IMG/VR virus record: IMGVR_UViG_3300020044_001964
Location: 1-24,528 of that record
From: a virus
Lineage: Duplodnaviria > Caudoviricetes
Direction: 5' to 3' (one strand)
DNA length: 24,528 nucleotides
Under the pieces are notes generated by a model. The model saw only the letters and a list, made by a program, of their open reading frames with translations, was not told the DNA's origin and searched no databases. Both the position numbers and the translations under genes were made by a program. Positions 8,025 through 18,400 of this stretch are shown here, piece after piece (within the stretch, counting starts at the first letter, position 1; every line of letters begins with the position of its first letter).

Positions 8025-9434
8025 ATGAACATTCTTGAACTTGAAGACGTAATCAAGGGGCTTCCTGACAACAGGCTGGTTCAGGAAGCTCAAGCCCCGA
8101 CGGGGAGACTGCCCCAGTTCTTAGTTGTTTCTGAGATTCAGCGTCGGTCAGACATGCGCCGACGTTTTCAGTCTCAACAGGAGCAACCGAAGGGAACTGT
8201 TGCTCAACAGATTCTTTCTGGCGGCATTGGTTCTTTGCCGCAGACTTCGTTTACGCCCCCCTCCCCTGTCGCCGCAAGTGCCGCTCCCCCTCCCTCGGCG
8301 CTGACAGGGGCAGGGGAGGCACCAATTATGATGTCTCAAGGCGGGCTAACTCTAGATGATTTGCGAAGGCGGCTTGGAGGCTATCCCCCGTTTAGTCTTT
8401 TAAGAGACCCCGAACAAGAAGGCCAAGAGGATGCTGGCTCTGAGCCTGCCTCCGCCCCTCAGTCAGCAGACCTTCAAGAACTAAGCGCAACTGGAAGAGA
8501 AGTTCAGGCTCTTGCTTCTGATCCATTCTTCGCAAACCTGCTCAGGGAGAGCGCTACAACTCCTGATTTTGACGCCGCAAAAAAAGCTCTAGTCGATCTT
8601 CAGGGACAGCCAGTGTCTGTTGTTGATTACTCGAGATTTATTGACGCCAACACAAAGGCCGCTAAAAAATATGCTGACGAGTATCGTTCTCTTGGTGATA
8701 TTTATATGGCGGAGGCAGAGAAGGAAGCTCAAAGCATTCGTGCTCAAGCCAAGAAAGACGCGCTCACCGCTGCTCTGATGCAGATTGGTGCTGGCGTTGC
8801 CGCTGGTGATGTTGCGACCGGATTGTCTGGTGCTGCTACGGCGGTACAAGAGTCTCTTTCTCAGGCAGAGAAAGAGGCGCTTGCAGAAAGAAGGGCTGGC
8901 AGGATCTCTGGTCGAGAAGCGGCAGAGTCTGCAAGGCGTCTCGGGATCGGCGCAGAGCAATCTGCTCTTGAGATTGGCATGCGCGGGGAAGAGGCTCGCG
9001 TGGCCGGTAAGGCCCAAGAAATGTCTAGAGAATTTGATATCGCCAGCAGGCTGGCGGAGCTTGGTCTCCAGCAGAGCCAGTTTGCTTCTGAAGCTGAAAA
9101 CAGAAGGATTCAATCAAAGAGAGATATGGCTATCTCATTGTTTGGGGTTCTTAACCAACAGAAAACGCAGGGCAGAATTTCTGACAGAGCCATGATTAAC
9201 GCAATAAAAGATTATATAAACACCTCTGTAACGTCTTCTGTTGGCTTAGGAGATCCACAAGCCGCGAGAAGAAATGCAGCTCGTGAGGCGATCGCTCTTT
9301 TCGGCTGGGCCATGGAGCCGGGTCAAATTGAAAGTGTTCTTGAAGCCTTTGAGGGATCAGGTGGTTCTGCCGAGGTGCGCCCCCAGACCGGCCAAGTCAC
9401 TGATGCAGGGATGTCCGCATCCGACGTAGACTAA
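8025..9434 (+). CDS. DNA ejection protein (P22 gp20-like position), alpha-helical
   Basis: 469 aa Ala/Glu-rich coiled coil with hydrophobic ALMQIGAGVAAGDVATGLSGAA segment; lies between two other ejection-type genes. Confidence 0.6.
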   Translation: MNILELEDVIKGLPDNRLVQEAQAPTGRLPQFLVVSEIQRRSDMRRRFQSQQEQPKGTVAQQILSGGIGSLPQTSFTPPSPVAASAAPPPSALTGAGEAPIMMSQGGLTLDDLRRRLGGYPPFSLLRDPEQEGQEDAGSEPASAPQSADLQELSATGREVQALASDPFFANLLRESATTPDFDAAKKALVDLQGQPVSVVDYSRFIDANTKAAKKYADEYRSLGDIYMAEAEKEAQSIRAQAKKDALTAALMQIGAGVAAGDVATGLSGAATAVQESLSQAEKEALAERRAGRISGREAAESARRLGIGAEQSALEIGMRGEEARVAGKAQEMSREFDIASRLAELGLQQSQFASEAENRRIQSKRDMAISLFGVLNQQKTQGRISDRAMINAIKDYINTSVTSSVGLGDPQAARRNAAREAIALFGWAMEPGQIESVLEAFEGSGGSAEVRPQTGQVTDAGMSASDVD

Positions 9435-9473
9435 CTCTTTCGTGCAAAATTCTGGATAAGAAAAGGTTCATAC

Positions 9474-12400
9474 ATGCCTTACAAGATTGTAAGAAACGAA
9501 CAAAATTTAACAAAAAAGATTACTTATCCAGAGGGGGCTTCCGATCAGCAGATCTTGGATTACGCCAGCAGAACGTATGGCGGTCAGTTCCAGATTGCGG
9601 AACCAAGTCTTCTTGGCGGCGCTGGTGCCCTTGCAAAGGGCGTTGGTGCTGGTGCCGCATCAACCGGTCTTGGGGCGGCTCAAGGCCCGACCGCATTCGT
9701 TGAAGAGGTAGCTGCTAGAGGCTGGAAAGAGAACCTTGCTGATGCGACCTCTGCGGTTTTGGGTGCGTTAAAGTCCGATTCTATCTTTGACAAAGAAGGC
9801 AAATACCTCGGACTAGAAGAACGGGACAAGGTAGAAGAGAAAGAAAACAAGGATCGATCAGATGCGATCTTGGGCGCTATTGGTGGCACCAGAACCCCAG
9901 AATCCGTTATCAACTCTCAGAAGTTTTTAGGCCAAGGTATTCGAGATCTTCGCAAGTCTATCGTTGAAAGCGATGCCCTTGCTGTTGACCCCGAGTATCA
10001 GGACCACTGGTCATACAAGTTCGGTAATGCCCTTGGATCTCTTGGAACCTTCGCATCCATTGGGTTGGCAACGAGAGGGAAAGGCCCGAAAGCTGAATTG
10101 GTTCTGCCTGCTTTCTCGGTAGCTACTGGCGCTGGCGATCAAGCAGAACGAATCGCAAGAGCAAGAGAAGAAGGCAAGTCAGTCGATACTGCTCAGGCTC
10201 TTCAATCTCTTTCTCTTGGTGCGGCGGTTGGTTTAACTGAGCTTGCTCCTGTTGAAAGACTGTTTAAGGGTCTGCCGAAAGACCTTCCTGCCGGGTTCAA
10301 AAATCAGATCGTTGCGCGTTTAAAGAATGCTCTTGTAACTGGCGGCGTTGAGGGTACTCAAGAGGTCGCTGCTAGCCTTCTTCAAGATTCAATCGAGCGA
10401 GGAATTTATAACGAGAGTCTTCCGTTTGGTCAGACGATGGCGGATGACTTTACCTATGGCGCTGCCGCTGGATTCGCGGCAGACCTAGTCCTCAATGCTG
10501 TTGCAGGCAGGAGGTCTTCTCTTTCAACTGAAGAAGATCTCGACTATGAAAAAGAACTGAGAGATGAAGAAGACAAGCAGGCTCAAAAATACATTTCATC
10601 TCTGACCACCCCTCCAGTCGCGCCTACTCCTGATCAAGAGATTGATCCTGCACAGATAGCTGCGCCAACCCAAGAGGATCTCGCAGCCTCTGTTACCACT
10701 ATTGATGGCAAGAGAGGCCCGGTAGAGCGGGTTCAGTTTGGAACCCTGTACGCATCAAAAATCTCTCAGTCTCTTGGTGATCAGTTCCCGTCAGGGATCA
10801 AGTTCGACGTTGTCGAAGATCAAGATCAAGAAGGGATGGATATTTCCTTCCGTGTTGTTGATGAGACCGGAAAACAATACGGACAAAGACTTGCTTCTCG
10901 CAGACAGGCAAACGCTCTGTCTGGGAATTTAAACAGAATTTCTGTTGATAACGCTGTAGCCAAGTCGGCTCGCGATATTGTTTCTTCTGATAAGAATGCT
11001 TACACACCTGAGCAGGCAGAGCAGGCTTTTAGGCTTGCCTATCGGGCGCTTCATCCTGAGTACAACACCTTCGGAACTCTTGCTGTAAACCAAGCGGCAG
11101 GGACTACTGCCGAGAATGGTTACAGAGAGGATCTCAACTACAAGACGATCCTTGCTGGGCAAGAGATCAAGAAGCGCGGCAAGGTTGTCGGTTATGAAAT
11201 CACCGCGCCAAATGGTAAGAAGTCTATCGTCAAGGGTTTGACTGCCGCTCAACAGATCAACAAGAAGAGGGATGAGCAGGGGCTAGGACAGGCTCGCCGC
11301 TTCTCAAAGGAAGAGGTTACCTCTGCCCTTGGAAAGAAGGCCGACAACCTGATCGGAACCTTTAGGCCGACTCAAAGATGGCGCGCTGTCTCACGCAGAG
11401 ACGGAACCTATGGCATTGTCAGTGAGTCTGGTGAGTTCATTTCTAGGCGTCCGCTAACGGCGCGAGAAGTTGATCAGAGGGCGAGAACTCCTGAAGGCAG
11501 GGTTTCATCTGTCGTACCTATGACGCTTGGCAGAGGCCGCGCCAAGGGCTTTGTGCGCTCAACAGAGGGCGGTGCTCCAGTAAATCTTGGCGATGGCATG
11601 GTCCGTATTGGATCAATGAAAGAGGCCAGAGATTTCGCCCAAAGGATGAACTCTTCTTCGCCTCCGACCACCTCTATTCGAGAGGTTGTTGGTGACACGC
11701 CCACAGTAAAGTCTTATCTGAAGGCTCTCAAAGATGTTCTTAGGGCAAAGAACATCACCTCTAGGACCAAGTCCGAAGAGATGAAGTCTTTGTTTAAATT
11801 GATCACTGGGAAAGAGTCTCTCGCCCAGATGAATGAGTTTGAGCGCGGGCTTGTGTATCAACGGATACGCTCCCTGCCCAGATTTGATTCTCAAACTGCT
11901 CTCCCGAACCTTTCTCCGAGATCGTTTACACCGACCCAGTTGGCGCGGGCGTCTCGATTCATTAAGGATTCCGACAACAGGGGAGTCCGGTACACGCCGC
12001 TTGATGTGGCTCAGGCCGCTGGCGTTGCCCCGTCAAGCTCTGACGTTGCCAGCATCGGGACTGATCTCATCAATGAGTACAAGTCTCAGTCCCCCAAAGC
12101 TGTCCCATTGCTACTTCCTTCTCCTGATTCCTTTGGGCCTAACCCGCTGGATAGCCTTTTGGGTTCGCTGAAATCTGTTCTCAAAGGATACGGATTTGGA
12201 GACCTCAAGCTTTCACTTGGGCAGACCCTTGTTGACCCTTCAGGAAAGCTTCTTGGAGAAGAGACAAACGCTGCATACGAAAGGTACACAAAGACTCTTT
12301 TGTTTGCCGTTGATCGAATTGATCCCAATGGCGCGCTGACTCCGGCACAGCAAGAGGCGGCTCTGGTTGATCTGCTCAACCACGAGGTCGTACACGCAGC

Positions 12401-15400
12401 GAGGGCGCTCGACCTTTGGACGGAGCAGGAGTGGAGCCTTCTTGAGAAGGCTGTATCAAGGCTCAAGCCAGAGGGTTCCGATACAACCTATCTTGAAAAC
12501 GCAATCAATCTGTACCCGGATGCAAACCCGGTTGTTCAGATAGAGGAAGCTGTTGCGGAGCTGGTCAGGAACTACATCAGCAACAAGAAGACCGTTTCTG
12601 GAAAGCCTGAGAATCTGATTAAACGCTTTTTGTCTTTTATGCAGAGACTCTCAAGCGCGATCAGGGGCACCGGGTTTAACACCTATCAGGATGTCATCGA
12701 TCTACTTGAGAGCGGCCAGCTTGGCGCTAGAGAACGAGGCGTTGTCAGGACTCAGCGGCTTGGCGAAGAACAGCGAGCGCAGCAAGGATCGCTTCCTGAG
12801 AGGCTTAGGCCCATCATCTCTGCTGTTTCTGCTCCTTCTGCTCCTTCTGCTCCTCCCCCTCCTGAGCGCAGGGGTGCTGGCGACTTTTTTGCCGACCTGC
12901 CAAAGGAATACACAGAGAAGGTAGAGCCTGAGCAGGAGCCTAGCCCTGTCGTTCGCAAATCAGTAAGAACCAAGTACGTCGATGGGCAGCCCGTCGCTGT
13001 AGTAGAAATTGATGGCGTTGATCGCCCAGTAAACAACGCGCTTGGCAGGCCCATTCACCAAACGCTTGAAGGCATCAAGAACTTCTGGCGCTGGTTCGGA
13101 GACAGCCAGCTTGTTGATACCCGTGGACGGCCAATTGTTTTCTATCACGGCACAGCCAGAGATATAGATCAGTTCAGGCCCAAGCAGGCTGATGCAGTTT
13201 TTGGATCTCCAAGCGTTAGGTTTGCTGAATCATTCGCAGAAGCCTCCCTTGATTGGATGAATGCAAATTATGATCAGGTTTTTACATCTGATCAGATGAT
13301 CAAATCATCAAGGGATATGATCGAAAGATACAAGCGGCTGTCTTCTGATGTAGAAGACGAGATTTCCTCTCTCGCAAGAACTGAGTACCAAAATGCAGAG
13401 TCTTCTGGCGCAAGCGGCTTCGTAACAAAAGGCATTTACGATATTTTCTTTGGTGAAAACGGTGCCATCAATAAGCTGAAGAAGTCCGCCGGTTTGAGAA
13501 TTGGTCGGATGGAGTCTGCGATAAAGTCTTTTGAAGAGAACATCAAAGACATAGACGCGCAGATAAAAAAGAATCTTGCTATCCCTGCTGGCAAAAGAAC
13601 CCAGAAAGATGATGATGATTTAAACCTGCTAGAAGAGCAGAGGAAAGAAAGAAATTCCACCCTGCAAAGCAGCATGCGCCTTGGGATTGAAGGTGGTCCT
13701 CCGGTACAGATTGCTCAGGTGGAGGTTGACAACTCTCCTTTATTCTTTGCTGAAAACCTAAAAGACGCAGACAATAAATCCTTATCATCCTTGCGGTATA
13801 TGTCTGTCAACTTGCTGAATAGAGTTCGTCTTTCTGCAAGTCTCAAAGCGACAGATGTTATTGACCTTTCAGTTAAGGAGGCCATGCCATCTGGCCCAAA
13901 CATCATCCCTCTCTACTTTGCGCCAAAGAATATTTTTGACTACGAAAACGAATCGCATTTGTCTGGCCTTGCCGACTACCTCATGGGGGCAGGAGCGAAC
14001 GAGGCCTATACCTCTAACGTGATTGATTCTGTTAGGGATGGCGATTGGAAGGAAATTGAAGGTCTTTATGTTCAACGATACCTTCGTTCTGCTGGTTATG
14101 ATTCGTTCTTTGTTAAAGAGAACGAAGAAAAAAATATAGCTGTATATAATAATGCTGCTGTTAAGTCTGCTCTGGGAAACAATGGACAGTTCAGCCCTGA
14201 AACCCCTGTTATCAGAGAGAGCAGGAGAGCTGCCCCTGCGGAAGCTGTAGCGCCTCAAACAACCTCCATATCTCCTGACACAACATCCATCAGGCAGGCT
14301 CCACAGCCACACCCGATCACCTCGATTGGTCTTATTGACGGGACTGAGAACGCGCCTCGCATGCAGTCTGGATCCCATGTCGCTAGGTTCTTGCAGAACC
14401 GTGCGATCCAAATCCTTGGCGGCCCGCTGGATATAAAGCAAGAGTCAGCAAGAGAGTTTGTGGCAGAAGCCATTGCCTCAGAGGCCATCGCAGAGATGGC
14501 TAGAAAGGAAGAGGCTCTTGAGTGGTATGACACCACTGTCGAAACGATGATTGAGAATCTCTCGATTCAGTTCCCAGAGATTCTTACAGACAGCAACTCC
14601 AGAACAGCGCTGCTTGTTTCGATTGCAGTCACCTCTCAGAACATGGCGGTCCCTGACAACCTGCGGGCGGGGGTTGAGATCTATAGTGGGTGGAGACGCA
14701 CCGGCCTGTTCCCTGAAAAGGGCTTTGGTGCGAAGGCTCCTGCCATCAAAAACAACTTTGAAAAAGCCAATGCCATCATCCAATACCTAAACGGTAATGG
14801 AAACGGCATGGCTGATTTCGCCGCCCTCCTTAATGACAGTTACACCGTTAGAGAACTCAACGATATCCTCAACAGGATCCTGCCGGGAACCAAGATCGGC
14901 GGAGAGAGGCTGGATACTAGGGTGTATGGGTCAGCAGTTCTTGGCCCGAAGATCGGTCAAGGATTCTACTCAAACCTGCGCGGAGAATTTTCTCCAGTCA
15001 CAATTGATATGTGGTTCATGAGAATGATCGGTCGTCTGACCGGCACTCTAACCAAATACAACCCAACCCTTCTTGATGATCAGCTTGTAAGGCTTGCCCG
15101 CGCATCTGGTCTTGATCAGGTATCACAAGAGAGCCTGACCGACGAGATCCGAAATGATCTGATTTCTCTCTCTGAGGAGACCCTTTCTCAACACGAGAGG
15201 AACTTTAAACAGTTCAGAGCAGAATATGATTCTGGTGTCAGGACCAAGTCTGATGCGGTCAAGATTTCTGAGCGCATCAAGGCCAATCTAAAGGGCATGA
15301 ATGACGCGCCAACGTCGCCCGTACAAAGAGACAATCTTAGAGATATCGTAGAGAGGGCGAGAGCCAAGCTAAAAAATTACACTGGGATGGATATCCCGGC

Positions 15401-18400
15401 GGCATCTTTGCAGGCGCTTGTTTGGTATCCTGAACAAAGACTGCATAAGAATCTTGGCGCGAAACTAAGAGTTACAGAGACAGACTATGCGAAAAGTTCC
15501 AGAGCCTTCCTCCTTAATCAAGGAGTCTCAGAGTCAGAACTCGATGCAGCAGAGCGTAGGGTTCGGCAGCGCAGAGAATCTGGATCAGGACGAGTTCGAC
15601 CGGGTGATGTCGCTGCTGACACCGGAGCAGAACAGGGAGTTCGGGCGGCAACTGGCGCGCCTGTTCTTAGAGAAGCGCGCCGCACGCCAATCTCAAAAGA
15701 TGTAGAGCAGGCGGCATTTGATACTGCAAAGAGAATCGCCGACGAGACGCCTCCCGGCGGTATCCCTCTCTACAACCTGAATGCCACACGGTTCTCGCTT
15801 GCTGTAGCGCAGAACCCGCAGATATCAACGCCTCTCTCTAGCGATGAGAGCATTCGGTTTTCAAGGAACCGTCCGCCTCGTCTTTCGAGCCAAGAGTCTA
15901 GCGTTATTGATCGTTTAACCGGAGACCCGGTAGTCAAGACCACTCCGGGTCAGGCCTACATTGCTGCAACAGGACTCGGAAAGGTCACTGCCACGTTGAA
16001 CATGCTCAGGAAAGAGATGGTCAACCGGTACGCAGGGATTGAGTACTACGAAAGAACAGACCCAAGACTGGTTGGTAACCTCGCAGACTCTAGCGCCCTA
16101 GCTGCCCTAGAGTTTAGGGATCGGTACAAGGGCATCTTCGCGTCTGCCATTACGGATGGCGTTGTCTCATACGTTCCAGTCCAAGATGCACAAGGCAACG
16201 TGACTGGTTACGTTACAAAGGTTGTGGACTTCTACCATAACGGTAAGAAGATGGCTGGCCTCATTGATGTAATGAAGCCGCTCTTCGACAACGATTATGG
16301 CGTCAACCTTGAGAACCTTGCACAGAGCTACGCCATTGCGATTCGTGCGGAAAGGCTAGCAAAAGAAGGAAAGGAAACACCGGCCAAGGCAGGAGATCTT
16401 GCCACCCTCAAGACAGCCGTTGATAAGTATTTAAACGCAGAAACTGGAAGGCCGATCATCGAGGAGTGGTACGAAACTTGGCAGGCATACAACTCCAAGA
16501 TCGTTGATTTCCTAGAGGCAACTGGCGTCATTGACTCCAAGGGTGCAGATCTATGGAGAGATCAGGCTGACTACGTCCCCTTCTACAGAGAGATTGCTGT
16601 TGGTTCAAACAACGAAGCTCTCGTTCAGGCTCCAAAGATATTTGGCGGGATGACATCTGCGGCTGGATTTACTCGCCTCAAGGGCGGAGATACCGGCGTC
16701 AATGTTCCTTTGCTTGATTCAATCTTGAGGAACTACGAAGCCGCCATCTCGATGGGTATGTCCAACGTCGCTCAGCAGCGCGTTGTTAGAGACATGCTTA
16801 CGATTGGCATGGCAGAGATGCTCCGCTTCAATGAAGACGCCAACGGCAAAGACGTTGTCTCCTTTAAGTTTAAAGGCCAGAAGGTCCGCGCCTACATCAA
16901 AGATCCGGTGGTATACCAGTCGCTTCAGAACGTAGATCCGGGCTTCTTGGATTCCGCTGTATTCAATGTCGTTTTCAGGAAGCCAGCAGAAGTTGTGAGA
17001 GAACTCATCACTCGCGAACCAGCATACATGCTGGCGAACATGATGAGAGACTCGATCTCCGCTTGGCAGAACACGGGCGCAGATATCATCCCGGTTGTTT
17101 CTACAGCCACGGCTATGTTCTCGAATCCAATCGAAGCGCTCAGGAAGTACGGGATTGTAAACGGATACGACTTCGGGGCGGACCCATCAGATGTTGTCAA
17201 CTTCTTCTCCAAGGAAGCCTTTAAACAGGGCATAGATATTCCGACAGAGAAGAGGGCTACTTCTGACATGATCACCCAGTCCCTTGCGATGAAGCCGATC
17301 ATGCTTCTTTGGGATGCCCTCGGCGGAATGTCTGCCATGTCGGAAGCGGCATCTAGAAAGGCTGTGTATGACTCGGTTCTACGGGAGACTGGGAACGAGG
17401 CCGAAGCCGCCTATCAGGCTCTTCGTGTAATCAACTATTCGCGGCGCGGAAACAACAAGGCTCTTAGATTCATTACGTCATCTGTGCCGTTCATGAATGC
17501 CCGAATTCAGGGTCTTGATGTGATGTACATGGCTGCATCAGGTCGCTTTGGGGCGAAGAGATCCTCTATGTCGAAGGGGAAGATTGCTTCTTCCTTCTTG
17601 ATTCGTGGCGCGATGCTTACCGCCCTGTCTATGTACTACTACCTTCTCGTTAGCGATACGGAAGAGTACAAAGAGGCGACCGAAGAGGACCGGGATAACT
17701 ACTACATCATTCCGGTAGTGAAGGGTGATAAGGAGAATGGTGTTAAGGGATATTCCTTCTACATTCCCAAGCCTTTCGAGAACGGATTGATCTTCTCGAC
17801 AATCCCAGAGCGGATCATGGCATCCATTGACGGTCTTTATACCACCAAGGAAAGCCGTGACTTCGCGCTCAGGGCGATTGGCAATACCTTGGCAATGAAT
17901 CCGCTCCCTCAAATTGCAAAGCCGGTCATTGAGTCTGTTTCTAACACTTCGTTCTTCACCGGCAGACCAATCGTCCCTGTGTTTGAGCAGATGAACAAGC
18001 TGCCGTACTTGCAATATCGACCCACCACCAACGAGGCGGCCCGGCTTGTCTCAAGGGAGTTAGCTGAACGAGGACTCGCAGACATCAGCCCGATGAAGAT
18101 CGAGCACGTTGCGCGCGGATACTTCGGCACGCTTGGTACGTATGTTTTAAACGCTGTTGACTCGATCACAAGGTCGGCAACTGGCGCTGACTTGCCATCG
18201 AGAAGGATTGTTGACTACCCAATCGTCCGACGATTCGTTCGGCAGACTGGCGACTCTGGACTAGAGAATCAGTTCTACGAACTAAGAACCAATGTTGATC
18301 AGATCGTTGGCTCTCTGAAGAAGCTTCAAGAAGAAGGTCGCATTGATGAATACAATGCGATGATGAGATCGAAGGGCGGCCTTGTTCAGGTTAAACGATG

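Noticed and set aside
9474-12100. Expected muralytic (lytic transglycosylase) domain in the giant ejection protein
   Set aside because: No convincing catalytic ES...GLMQ-type motif seen; the N-terminal third is left unassigned apart from Gly/Ala-rich membrane-like helices.
13250-13885. Possible intein in the ART domain
   Set aside because: No Cys-start/His-Asn-end splice motifs or LAGLIDADG blocks; looks like a helical insertion.
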